A stretch of 64,000 nucleotides of DNA from Amphiscolops sp. MND2022 (lineage: Eukaryota), in the NCBI GenBank assembly GCA_964187785.1, contig OZ076409.1, forward strand, positions 57,538,001 through 57,602,000, given 5' to 3'. The translations under genes and the position numbers were made by a program. Positions 26,371-39,080 of this stretch are shown here, piece after piece (position 1 is the stretch's first letter; the number at the start of each line of letters is the position of its first letter). A model generated the notes under the pieces. That model made no database searches, was not told the DNA's origin, and saw only the letters and a program-made list of their open reading frames with translations.

Positions 26371-26695
26371 AACAAGCCGGGAACGGCATAAGTCGGCGCC
26401 ATATCTAGGGCTAAAAAAGGCAAAATGACTTCAAAGTGTCGAGTATTCTTTTACAGTACCTGAAAAACCCAATAGTTGGAGCTAATTGGCGCGCTAAAAG
26501 GGGAGACAACATCCATTCAACGCCCCGGCGCTTCAAAATCCATTGTTGCAAAACATCAAAAATTGAAGGGGGACCCTTTGGGGAAATTTTTTGAAAAGTT
26601 TCAACGCCGGAAAAACGAAACATCCATTCTGTCGCCAAACATCAAAAAAATCGAAGGGGCACCCTTTTAGGAAAACTTTTATTTCGAAAAAAAGG
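26371..26695. mobile_element. Partial HINE family A copy
   Basis: AACAAGCCGGGAACGGCATAAGTCGGCGC start; distal end missing. Confidence 0.7.
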
Positions 26696-26877
26696 GTCGG
26701 GCCACAAGTCCAATTTTTCTCGTCCAATAAGATTTCAGAAATCCCAGCGTCGTTCAAACTTAGTTTTCTTAACTCGTCCAATTTGATTGGCTGACGGGTT
26801 CGAACCGTAAACGAAGTCCGTTTAAAGATGAAAAAATGAATCTTTCAATTTCCCCTTGTCAGACAGAAGACTTGAAT

Positions 26878-27227
26878 GGGTGGGCGGAAGTAGGTCGAAG
26901 GAACGGGATCGAAAATCAGAGTTAGTCCTCAGGTCGACATACCAAATTTTTGAATGGGATCGAAACAACTCCGATCGAAATTTTTATAACAGTAGTCAGA
27001 TATGTTCACATACCCCTAGTGCCCTGAATGCAGGAGCGAAGCGAAGCGGAGCGACGTGCCATATGGCCATGCCTCAATGTTGCTACTTGGCGAAGGGAGC
27101 GAAGCGACCGAGCCATACAACAAATACGATTAAATTCGACCGCATTCCATTCGATCCCTGCAATTCGATCAAAAGGTTCGACCTCTGTCCTTTCGACCAG
27201 AAAAATTCGACCTATTTACAACCACCC
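26878..27227. mobile_element. MULE-type MITE with GCGAAGC core
   Basis: TIR GGGTGG...TAGGTCGAA / TTCGACCTA...CCACCC, TCGA subterminal repeats, 9-bp TSD GACTTGAAT/GACTTGAGT. Confidence 0.8.
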
Positions 27228-28409
27228 GACTTGAGTTATGTTCATCATAAGTAGATTAAGATGCACCAAAAAACACGTTGAACAACAATAGCAATTCAGG
27301 AAACGAGCACAGTGTTTCTATCATAAAAATTAAAGAAATAGCTCCAAAAAAATTTCTTGAGCTATTTTTTGAATTCATATTTGCTCAGCTCGAAGTTTAA
27401 AGAAAAATTTGCATCGAAGAAATTCGCTAATTTCATGGCTCTCGTGAAGAAAATTCTTTCGGTAGTTTGCATTCGGTTTGGTTTTTTTTGTATGAAGTGT
27501 GTTGTGGGACGAAGTTGGTAGTTAAACATGTCTTTTCTCACAGAGAACAGGTCATCAAAGTTCTGGAATTTGAACTCAATATATAGTGCGGAAGATGATG
27601 TCAGAGAGCTGAAACAAAAGCAAAATCGGCAAAGGACTTATATAAATCAAACGGTTTTCTTTAGGATGTCTCACGAGACATCCACCTGGTACAAAAGCTT
27701 TAGGAGATAAGCTTTAGGAGACTTCTTTTCAGATTGATAAAACGGCCGTAGGCATCAAGTATTTGTTTTTCAATGTGCGGGGTCCAGGAGAGTGTTGAAA
27801 CAAAAAAGATTCCAAGATATTTGACCGGTTCGAAAGTAAAAGAAACGTCTTCATCCTCGAAAACTAATATTAGTTGTACCTTTACTGGCTTTTTCAAAGA
27901 GAACCTTATGGGCTTTGTTTTATCAGCAATAAACACCATTCCATTTTCTAATGCCCAATCATGTAGTCGAAGAAGATCATTTTGAAGTTCATAAGGGCAT
28001 TTCGTTGTTATCTTTGTATCATCTGCAAATATGAGAGCGTGAGACTTGGTGAAGCTTTCTGCTACATCATTAATGAAAATAATGAACAATATAGGTTTCA
28101 AATTATGGCCTTGCAGTACTCTACTCATTTTTTTTCAAACTCTGAGGCATGATCATTGACGTGGGTCAGGGACATTTCGTCACCAGCCATTTGGGCGACA
28201 ATATGGCGTCTGTCACAAGGGCCACAAAAGTGTCGACCAGGGTTGTCGAGATCTCGACAAAATCATTCTCGATTCTCGAGTGACATCCCGTTTCTCGATT
28301 CTCCGTCTCGAAAGTTCTGAAACTTATTTCTCGGTCTCGATTCTCGACAGAATCTAATTTCTCGAATATGTTCTCGACAATAGTGCTATTTCTCGGGTCA
28401 TTTCTCGAC

Positions 28410-29352
28410 TAGAGGAGGGAATAACGTCTAAGGAATAACGTCTAAAGGTCTACCGGGAATAACGTCTAAAGGAATAACATCTAAATTGAAATATTAGGGA
28501 ATAACCTCTAAAAAAACGGGAATAACGTCTAAACAGAGGAATAACGTCTAAAAAGAGGAATAACGTCTAAACCTGAAAACGCGAATAACGTCTTAATTAC
28601 AGAAAAACGACTAAAATACAGAAAAATTGTCAAAATACGTCCGAAAAACGGGAATAACGTCTAAAATTGAAAAAATTCAGGTCAATTAGGATCTGATGCT
28701 ATGAAGTGATTCAAAGTATAAAACATGGCATGGGACATTTTGCCGAATTTTTATTCGGCAAAGTGGGCATCGAAATTCGGCAAAGCGGGCAAGGCAGTTG
28801 TCTACATCTGCAAAAACAGACTTTTAAAGCTATAAAGTGATTCAAAGTATAAAACGTGTCTCGGATATGTCCCCATTTCCTCTAGTGCCCCGCGGCCCCT
28901 TGGGGCCGCTTATGTTCCCATATTGCTAAGCGAGGTCGAACAGGAGCAAAGACCTAGCGGGAACGGAGATCGCGAAGCGATCGTAGTGTGAGCTGGTCTT
29001 TGCGACGGTGAGGGCGAGCGTGCATACACCGAATACGCCCCCACAATATGTGGGAAAAAATAAATAACTATGAATTGTTGTTGTTCGAATTAAGGGTACC
29101 GTAGACAATGATACACTTGCTAGGACCCATTTTTGTGCAATTTGTTGTGAAAATATTCAGAAATATTTTTTTTTGATTTCAGAAAGTTCAACTTTCAAAA
29201 CAGGAAAAACGTCTAAAAAACGGGAATAACGTCTAAAAAAACGGGAATAACGTCTAAATTTTTAGACGTTATTCCCGAAAAATGATTTAAATTTAGACGT
29301 TATTCCCGTTTTCAATTTAGACGTTATTACTTAGACGTTATTCCCGCCCGCC
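28410..29352. mobile_element. MULE-type MITE/foldback element with GGAATAACGTCTAA subterminal arrays, inserted in the hAT end
   Basis: Inverted arrays of GGAATAACGTCTAA / TTAGACGTTATTCC; perfect 9-bp TSD TTTCTCGAC. Confidence 0.85.
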
Positions 29353-29476
29353 TTTCTCGACATACTTTATCTAGTAGAAAACAATGGCATTTAATAATGT
29401 CTCTAGGTGAATGAAATGAAATGCTTCTCATTGAGAGGGTTATAAACTTCACCAAAGCGACATTAAATGTGCAAGA

Positions 29477-31179
29477 TTATGATCTTAGCGAGGCGTTTTT
29501 ATTTAAAAACACATTTCGGTGTTGATTGTCAGGAGCCAGCCGGCCCCGAAGATATGACTTGAATTGTCGTCCTGTCGAAAGCATTCTCTCAACATCACAG
29601 CTTGTTGGCCAAAAATGATCATTAATAATCATTCTATAGACATATAGACTTGAAATTGAATTATTCAACGAACAAACCTGAAATTGGGCAACGATGCAAT
29701 TATATCAAATTGCTCATCGGCTTTCTCTCTGTTAAATTCCGCAAACGACATAATACTTGGACTTTCCACATATTCGTGATCAACACTGGGAAGCTGGTTA
29801 GAATTTTCTTTCAGTTTCAATTCTCGTATGTGTTCATAAAATTCACCAGATTTGTGACATAACCCATTGGCAATTGCGTTTCCGTCAATCCATTTTGAGA
29901 GCACTGATCGAACTGAGGATGTCATAGCAGCTTCGTTTCGTGCGACATGATTGAGAAATCGAATAACCTTAATGGCCACACCTAAGCGCGCGTCTGATTT
30001 CTGTAATTCCAAAGCACACTCTTTCAGCGGTTTTGAAAGGGAGCAAATCTTCTTGGATTTTTCTTAGAGAGCCGATCATCGGTAATAAACACAAGTACAT
30101 CTTTCATTTCAATAAATCGTAATAGCATGTCGAGCAATGAGTTCCAACGAGTGGCATTGTCCAATACAACTTTTAATACAGGCCGGTTCATTATTCGTTG
30201 CGCTTCAGCCAATTTATCTTGTAGTTTTGGAGAACGCTTTATGTCTCGAACACATTTTGACGCTTATTTAATAACGTCAACGTAAAGATCGTTATTTGTG
30301 GTTTCGTTGACATTGGTGGTGTCTGATTCATCTTCATCATCATCTGATTCAATTTCTTGACCACGTTCTTCGTCTATTTCAAGAATGAATTTTCTAGCGC
30401 ATAAATTTACAATTTTTGCCAAACATGGAAATGAAAACCAGTTAAACACGTTAGCGACAGCTTGAACATCTGCGCCACAGTCGACCACACAAATTGTAAT
30501 ATCAGATGGCAATAATCCATCCGTAAAGCTGAAGATGCTTTTTGATAAGGGCGCATATTTCTTCGGTGCCACAAAATCCTGTGTAGTGTGTAGTGAATCA
30601 TTCCAAGGCAAAGCTTCTGCTTTTCAATATAAAGGTAAATTCCCAAAAACTTCACACCGTCCGATGTTGTCCATTTATCAAATGACACGCATAAAACGTT
30701 AGAGGGGTCCCGGCAAGCTATAATTGACTTAACAATTTGAAACATTGTCTGATATTCGTTCTCTAACTGACGATTAATGGAATGTTTGCTGACTTTGGAA
30801 AAATTCAGTTGCTTAAATATTTTCTGGAGTGTCTTCGATTTAACAATTTTATTCACAGGAATTCCGTCATCGTAAACTAGTCGAGCCACATCGCCTAACC
30901 CGTTTTCAATTTTTGCTGCTTTTCCACGCGCAAAGGGCAATTCTCCTTGCTTATCATCTTCACTCCCCCATTGCATACTTGTCTGTGCCTTCGGAGGCCT
31001 GTTGAATTGGAATCTTTGCATTTAATATTTGTGCCACATGCAAAACATCGTCGATATTCTGTCTGTCTTCCGTTAACAAATTGAACAAGGAACGATTTTG
31101 GAAGATCCTCTTTTGCCCCCTTGTTTGTTCTGTATTCAATTATATTATCTGGAATTGTAACAATGTTCGCATCTGCCAT
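29477..31179 (-). pseudogene. hAT transposase pseudogene
   Basis: Split over several ORFs: BED-like CFAC..LRRH, SFDKWTT, VVDCGADV, FPCLAKIVNL, TRWNS, PTSCDVERMLS. Confidence 0.88.
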
Positions 31180-33177
31180 ATCTCAATCTAAAAATACAAG
31201 AAATAAAAAAACCATTTACTTTACTTTTAAAAATAGTGAAAATTAAATATGGCATTTGCGATATTTCAAAACTTTTAGATAAATGGAAATGGATTTCGCA
31301 AATTCATTTCTCGATTCTCGATTTCTCGACGAATTATTTCTCGATTCTCATCTCGAATTGGCATTTCTCGATTCTCGACCGAGTGTCGCGGCTATTTCTC
31401 GACAACCCTGGTGTCGACCAAATGGGTTGATCAAATTGATCATTTCCTGATATATTTGAAGAGGTTAGTATATTTGTTGTATGGCTCGGTCGCTTCGCTC
31501 TCTTCGCCAAGTAGCAACGATGAGGCATGGCCATATGGCACTTTGCTCCGCTTCGCTTCGCTCCTGCATTTAAGGCACTAGGGGTATGTGAACATATTTG
31601 GCCATTTAGTCTACGGGACATTTGGGCGACATCATTGTCGCCGAAATGGGCTAAAATTTTTGTCGCATAATTGGTTGGTGACGAAATGTCCCTGCCCCCA
31701 TTGACGATTACCCGCTGTCTTCGATTCTGGAGGTAAGAGCTCAGCAACTTCATCAAGTTACCATCAATGCCGAAAGTTCGGAGTTTTTTCAGAAGTATTT
31801 GATGGCATGATCTGTCGAATGCTTTTGAAAAGTCCATATACAAGTTATAAATATCTTCTCGAATTTCAAAAGCGCCCTGAAGAAGTTTTAACTGGACGAG
31901 GAGCTAAGGTTGATGTGGATTTCTGTTTCAAAAAACAATGTTGGGTATTGAAAATTGAAAATTTGAGACTCCAGAATTGGAAACAGCTTTGAGAACTGTA
32001 ATTTCTCAAAGCAAAGGGACAGTTTTGATAGACTGGAAATGGAGCGATAGTTTTCGATAATTTTTGTACTGTCTTTTCGATGAATAGGTTTGATTCGATT
32101 AGCTTCCAGCACTCCGTGTATTCGCAGGTTGAAGTTATTTCCTCTACCTACTTTAAAAAGTGAACACTCAGGTTGTTAGAAACTGCACGAACATATTACC
32201 AGGAACTTGATCGGGGCCAGTTTCTAGATGACATAGGACAACGTTTCTGACACTTCATTTATATTGAATTCCAAAGAGTTGTTGCCTCTGAGAAATCACC
32301 CACTTCTTGAGTTTCGTCATTCACAAATTGTGCACAAAAAAATCATTGAAGGCGGAATCTATTTCCTTGTTGCCTTTGAATATTTTCTCTTCTTTTAGCA
32401 TTTCAACAGGAATTGACGAAAACGTTGTTTTCAACGACCGTATAAGTTTGTAGATCTCATTTACCCCAGGGATGTCTTGATAAAATTTGTTGAGAAAACA
32501 AATTGTATCAAGTTCAGCTATGTCAGGTATGTTCACATACTCCTGGTGCCCTATATGCAGGAGCGAAGCGTTCGAGCCATACGTCAAAGATGAAGAATAT
32601 TTTTTCTGACTTGTGCAACTCGCTATCATTTTCGGACTTGTGAAACCCAAATTTATTTTCGGACTTGTGAACAGCCTCCAAAAAAAATCTCAAAATGCCG
32701 AAGAAAAACTGAAAGACCGTTTGATCTCGCCCGATACTGTATGTTACGCGGAAAAACAGAAACTTTATGGTTCGGTTCGCTAGTCCTAGATTCAGTTCAC
32801 AAAGCCAAAAATTATGATACTTTGAATTTTCGAAGAACTATGAAGAACTATTTTGTCCAGTTCGTGTGGATTGAAAAAAAGTCACTAAATTAGTCGCGTT
32901 TCACCTCATGAAGCGCCGACTAAAAAAGCTTCATAATAAATCTAAGATAAAGAACACAGGTCCGGACATCCTGGGGTGATATGCCCTATACATAGTCTGG
33001 TCTGCAAGAAATTGGCATTTGCGCAAACTGTAGAGGCCGTACAATTAGGAAATCATAATTAGCTGGTACAAAATGGTTGCATTTTAAATGAGTTGGTGAT
33101 GACACATTGTACGGAAATTGCGACAGTAAAGTAGCGAAATTTATTGTATCATGACAGCCTCCACTCCTCAACCAGGG

Positions 33178-33690
33178 GGTCACAAGTCACTTGCCCTAAA
33201 GTCAAGTGGCTTATTTTTTCGTCGAGTCATTTGGCTTAAAAGTCTGCAACCAAATGACTACAAAGTTGTGCCAAGTACAATTTAACTCAAATGATGGCTG
33301 AAAAACATATTCTAGACCAAAACTGAATTGATATTTCATTGTTAAGTTTGGTAGATAAAACGAAAGTTTTGAATTTGTATGAAGAGATTAGCATATTTGT
33401 TGTATCGGTCGGTCGCTTCGCTTCCTGCGCTTCCTTTGCTAAGTAGCAACAATGAGGCATGGCAATTTGACACGTCGCTCCGCTTCGCTTGGCTCCTGCA
33501 TTCAGGGCACTAATGTTTTGTGAACATAGCTAACTACATCATAAAAATAATTTCGACAGAATCAGTCACCCGTTTCAACTCAGTGCTTTTAAACCAAATC
33601 ACTTTGCGCCACGAGACCAATACCCGAGACATCTGGCGTTAAAACTCTGAGCTGAAAGACCAAGTGTATTAGGCCAAATGACTATGAGCC
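33178..33690. mobile_element. Decayed MITE with AGTCATTTGG/CCAAATGACT repeats and GCGAAGC core (minus orientation)
   Basis: Imperfect TIR GGTCACAAGTCACTTGCCCTAA / TTAGGCCAAATGACTATGAGCC; TSD not resolved. Confidence 0.6.
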
Positions 33691-34084
33691 AAACAAATAA
33701 ACATTGGCCATAGTGGTAAATTGTATAAAAAATTATCCACAAATATAACATTATTATTCAAAACGCTGAAGCATCAGTAGGTCATCAACTGTTTTTGCCA
33801 ACCACAAAAATTTGTTTACAAGCAAAAAAAGCAACATTCAAGGTGCGTTGGTCTCATTAACCCTCTTCTGCCTAAATGTTTCAGTGAACGCTGCCAATCT
33901 ATTGAACAAACAAATCACTATAATGACTGCAATAAGGGATTTTAAAAAGACTTATTTTGTTTCTAAGGTAGGAAAAATAAATTCATTCATTTCATACCTT
34001 CAAAATTAAATTAATTTTGAACAAATAGTTCGAAATGGAACCGTTTAATGAAAAAACTTTTACCATAAATCAGTTTTACCCAAC

Positions 34085-35420
34085 CCTGTCCTCAACTGTA
34101 GTTCCAGTGGAAGACGTAATGACGTTGGCGTACGGTTCCTTCCTCTTTCCGCTGAGTTTCGCAGCGATCCGAGACATAACACACGCGTTGCACATGGGCC
34201 GACGCCTCCTGAGCAAGGCAAAACCAACGGTACAAATGTGACGTTTTCCAGTTCGAGTATACGCGCCTCGTACTTCAGATACCTCAACTGCTCGTGATAG
34301 GTGTACAGGTCTTTCAGACCTTAAGGCAACTTTTTGCAAGCGGATTGAAACTTTTGACATCAAAATAGTTCATACTGAAACGCGCTCTCAGACATCATGC
34401 GGTCTGATATCTAAACTGCCTCATCTTCAGTGGTCACTTATTTTTCATTAAAAGACTCGTATTGTAAACGTCTGAAGATTTGACTCAGTATCGACAAGGT
34501 AGTTGATTTCGCTCCGAAGCTTAGCAAAAGTGTCTCTGACTTCATTGTGTCTGATTTGTGTAATTCCACATTCTGGACAATGTAGTGCGTGCGTTACAGT
34601 GAAATCTTTGTTGCATGTTCAGTTAGAAGGCTTTTTTGGGATCGAAACTCTATCTGAGAGCGATACCATCCCTGAAGTCAGATTTCGTGAGATTCGAATT
34701 ATATCTACTCAATGGAAGAGCGTTTAATCAAATAGACGACCCTTCTTCTGAGGCACGACCGAGACAATGTAGTTCTTCAGTTGACTTTTCTTCTCTGATT
34801 TTTTCTTTCTTCATCTCAGATATGGTAACGTTGTGCCATCTGGTGTCGCAATGTATTTAGAGTCCGCTTTTGGAGGCTTGGAATGTTTTTCGTGAGAATG
34901 TCGAGAACGGAACTCCCTTCCACTTTCTCGTTAACGATGAGCACTTTTCCACGTTCTTTTCAGTTCAAGCATTTCAGAGCGTTTGATGTCTTACGCAATG
35001 TATATTGCTCATCAAAGATTTTGAATTTTTTCCGAATTCCGTTTGCCTGATAATCGGGGCTCTCTTTGTTGCACGGCGCTTGCTTGATTCAGAAGTTCTT
35101 CGAGCTTGCATTTGTTCCATAGGTCCAACCTGCGCGATAAAGTTCTGGTAATCGTTCCATTATTTTCATTTTTTGTTCTCGCGAGAGTCAAGTGGGACAT
35201 TATCATTGTTGCGAAGTTTGTTAGCTTTTCGTTGTCTTCTGGGAATGTGACAGGGTTTAGAATTTCGTTCAAAGTCTCCAGGTATACTATTCAAGCTTTA
35301 TGTATATAATTGGAGACAGGTTTCCAGTGAACGACTTCTTCGTAAGCCTGCCGCAAGATTGTCGCCCTCACGTCGGTTAGCTGGGAACAGAACTCGGAAG
35401 AACTGCTTTCTGAGTCGTCT
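34085..35420 (-). pseudogene. CRE-clade (restriction-like endonuclease) non-LTR retrotransposon relic; RT domain apparently deleted
   Basis: N-terminal LSRRLDLWNKCKLEELL..A..VQ; zinc knuckle/RLE FTVTHALHCPECG..QIRHNEVRDTFA, YEARILELENVTFVPLV, RIAAKLSGKRKEPYANV. Confidence 0.75.
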
Positions 35421-36559
35421 TCTTTGTTAATGCTTCGTTTGTTAGAAGGTATGTTTTACCTGTGAAGTTTTCGTCATGAGAGTTTCCTGGAGCGAGGCCG
35501 CTGCATCATTTGTGCATGTACGCGTCACATTGGTAGCACCATATCCTGTGACCCCGTAGATGGCCATTGCAAATTGAACAAATTGTTTGCTGTGCCATGA
35601 GGGGAGGTTGTCCTTATCTAGGAGAACATAGAAATGAGACCTAAAGAAATTTACGCAAAGGTCTCATTACCAAAACGCGAAAAAATGGATGTCAATGCGG
35701 CAGTACATTTTCGGAGCACAAGCTGGGAGAAAAAAGCTGAAATTAAAAAGTTCTTTGAACTTGTTTTTGGATTGTTTTCAAAAGTTCACATTCTCCACTT
35801 TTTTCTTCTGTGACGTTAAGCATTTTCGATTGAGTCGAATCCTCCAGAACCGGCCTTTTCCTCCAATTAGAGGCATCTTTTCCAATGACTCGTTGAATTG
35901 GCTTGGCTCTCTGGATTTCGAAATGTCGAGGGATCGGAATGCCTCATGACTCAGTTTCCAAAAAGGAAAAATGTATATTGGTCAACAATTTGGAGTTTTC
36001 CACAGCGCCGCTTGTGGAGATATGGATGCACCGATAGTGTGTGCTGGTTTTATGTCAGTTACCATCAACGGGAGTCTTTCTCCTAATTTTCGAGCAGTTT
36101 GTTCGTTTCGGAGGATCTGCTAGCAGGATAGAAGTGTTACCGGATTTTTTCGGAGCTAATGTCGCAATCTTAATTCCTTGTTAGTTATAAAAGAAGCAAT
36201 GCAACTATTGAATAACTATTCTTTCTTTGGTCTCTTTTGATCTTTTAATTTTTGCTGTAAATTTTATAAGCCAATACTTCGAAGGTTGAATATTGTGGAG
36301 TCATTAAGAAACAGGTTAAGTTAGAAAGCGGAATACGATCCTACGGAATATGATCTAATCTAATCAAATTACTCAAATTGAATAGGACGAGGTGTCCTCT
36401 CAGTTTAAATATCAAAATATTCTGATTCATATAGCAAAGTATTTTGAGTTCAAGGATCAAGGTGAGCTGTCCTCAACAAAAGTTTTTTGTTTCAGTACAT
36501 GACAGAGTCTGCCACGTCAGTCAAGTGGTGGAGTTGGCACGTCTATTTGCACGCGTGAA

Positions 36560-38060
36560 TGAAAATCAGCCGCAGAATTTGGTTTGCCTCGTAAATGAAC
36601 CTGCAAAATTTTGAAAGACAAAACTCTGTACAAGAAGTTACACAAAGACAGATGTTTTCTCTGATTGAAAAATTGCGTTAAGTTTCAATTGTTAGTGAAG
36701 ACCAGGACTGGGTTCGTGGTTCCACAGATAAATTGAGCAGAGTAGTCCATGGCAAAATACAAGTCTAAAACTTCTTTTAAAAAACACAGAAATTGAGTTT
36801 ATTTTTGTGGAACTTCTTGAATCGGAAAAAGACGAAGCAAAATTTATCTGTGTAATATTTTTCGATCAATCAAAAACTCTTCTATCATCAAAGCAAACAC
36901 AGTGCCAAAAAAACTAGCGTCGCAAAGAATGACAGATTGAAGACAAGAATTGTGGCAAAACTATATGTTAGATCAGTGATGAAAATCGGCTTTTAAGGTG
37001 TCAAAAGCTTCTTGATGGTCATTGTTTATGTGGAGGCAACTTCTTTTCGTGGTAGTTGATAGAAAGGGAAAAGTTTGTGGCTCAGATTAGAAAGAAAATT
37101 CCTCAATAAATGTACACGAAATACTTGTTACATCTGTTTTACTGTATTCGGCATTCAAGTTATTCAAAAATACTTTCATTTTCAGCCTTTTTGGGTGAAA
37201 TAACTTTGAGAGTGATTACGTTGCCTACGTTTTCACTTTTGGTCGTGCCAAACTCGCATTTGTGTTCCTAAAGTGTCACACCAGATTCCCTCAAGCAGTC
37301 AAAAAGTTTCCATGAAGCTGAAATCATTTCACCAAAGATACTGACGCTGGCAGCGATATCATCCACGATTTGCCTACAAACATTTGGTGCGAAACATGGA
37401 TCACCATAAAACTTTACAAATGAACAAATGATCAGTAACGGGAATATTTAGGCCATGTGCTAAACAAATATTAGCGAAATTCATCGAAGCAAAGTTAAAG
37501 GCTAAGGTTGGATAGAAAGGTCGTAGGCCGTTTGATCACAGTGGTTCACGTGCGAATAATGGAATTCAAAGAACAAATTCTTCCCTGCTAAGTGATTTGT
37601 GGCATCCATCATATGACAATCTGAAGTTGCACCCCAAGTAATCTTGGCATAGGAGGTACTTCACTCTTCGCAAGTCAATAAGAATTTGAACTTTTCCAGA
37701 TGATTTAAGATGCAGAAACATCAAACTGCTATTATTAGATTGTGACAAAGTTGTTACGAAGATAGATCATTTTAGTAGTGCAAGCTCGACCAAAACGCAG
37801 GTGAATTCGTGCCGGTGGACAATGAACATGCACAGAAGGTGGGTGTAAGTTCCGGGGTTTGTTAAATTTTCAGCTCTGTGTTAAAACCCATGTCAAAGAG
37901 GTCTTTTGCGAAAAAGTCGTGACATTCAACTCAATTTTTCCTGGATTTACCTTATTTGCTCAGCATTTAGGACACATTTTTCAGGGAATTCCATTACGAT
38001 ACATATCCCCGCGAGCAAGTTCCCAGATCTTGCGACTTGCAGTAATAAGCAATCACAGTT
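36560..38060 (-). pseudogene. Ty3/Gypsy pol relic (RT and RNase H)
   Basis: SGKVQILIDLRRV, CRQIVDDIA, HKCEFG, NFLSNLSHKLFPFYQL, VILCDASFFG, LYFAMD, GKPNSAADF; many stops. Confidence 0.8.
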
Positions 38061-38099
38061 AGTTCTTATGATGCTGACTGTTTTACACTTTTCTCCTAT

Positions 38100-39080
38100 T
38101 ACACCAAGTGATAATTAGTTACACTGAATGACTAAAACTCAGTAATTGACTGGTTTACACTATTTTCCGGTCCATAAATTTACACTAATTGACTGAATTA
38201 CGCACTGATGCAGTACTACGCACTTTGACCAAATTACGCGATTTTCCACTACGCATTTTGACTGAATTACGCCGTCTTACTAATTACATGGTGTAAAATA
38301 GTCAAATAGTGTAGCACCGTAATGAATTTGACTATTTTACGCGTTTTGTGAGTCATTGGTTTACCTATATTAACGATGGTTTTATGAACTTTGTTGTGAA
38401 GATTGCAATGGATCATTTTAACTTGCTAGATGTTTCCGTTATTCCGTATTGATTCAATGATGACTAGTATTGAATTCTGAGTGATTTGAGTTCAATCACG
38501 AATTCAAATCATAAAGTTTCTATTTAAAAGTTTTGCTTACTGGCATGATCAGTGAGCAATTAGTTCAAATCAATAAACTCTAAATTGACTTAAGTAGTTA
38601 GTCACACTAAATGATTAGAATTCTTTTGCATGCATGTGTCATCCATTGTAAACTTTGGTGTATGTGTTAATGTACGTATGCGTTAATTGTTTAATCGCGT
38701 AATTCAATCAAAGTTAATGCGTAATTTAGTCAAAGTAATTAAACTCCAAGCAACTATCCAATGTAAATTTATGTGTTTGAAGCAATTATTAGATTGCCGT
38801 AAACCAGTCAAACTTTGACTACTCTACACTTTTCGGTAGTTTAGTAAATGAATACCTCATTAAAAGTGGAATTTAATCAAACTTTGACTGAATTACACCT
38901 TACTAAATTAGCTTGTAAATTTTGACTGTTTTACCTATTTACTAACTACGCATTTTGACTGGAATTCACCGCGTTCATATTACACTGTGCTGCACCACTA
39001 CACGTGTGGATTACTACAGTCTTTGACCAATTTACAGTAATTGACTATTTTACCGAAAATACTATTTACACCAAGTGATC
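38100..39080. repeat. Decayed array of short TTGACTGAATTAC(A/G)C-like units in both orientations (probable old MITE/foldback)
   Basis: Recurrent TTGACT..ATTAC / GTAAT..AGTCAA motifs. Confidence 0.45.

Larger units (their letters stand above)
28238..31410 (-). mobile_element. hAT-superfamily DNA transposon, full length, with frameshifted transposase
   Basis: 14-bp perfect TIR CAGGGTTGTCGAGA, perfect 8-bp TSD GTGTCGAC, TTCTCGA subterminal repeats. Confidence 0.92.
28163..31698. mobile_element. MULE-type MITE (with GCGAAGC core) split by hAT insertion
   Basis: TIR GGGTCAGGGACATTTCGTCACCA / TGGTGACGAAATGTCCCTGCCCC; 9-bp TSD CATTGACGT/CATTGACGA. Confidence 0.85.
27300..32520 (-). pseudogene. Degenerate non-LTR retrotransposon ORF2 (CR1/Jockey-group RT), interrupted by nested insertions at 28163-31698
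   Basis: Motifs GPDQVPG, IKPIH..ENYRSIS, YMDFSKAFD..H.ILLKKL, SYLQNRRQRVIVN | VLQGH.LKPILFIIFIND, FADDTK, VKYLGI; frameshifted. Outer boundaries approximate. Confidence 0.85.
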
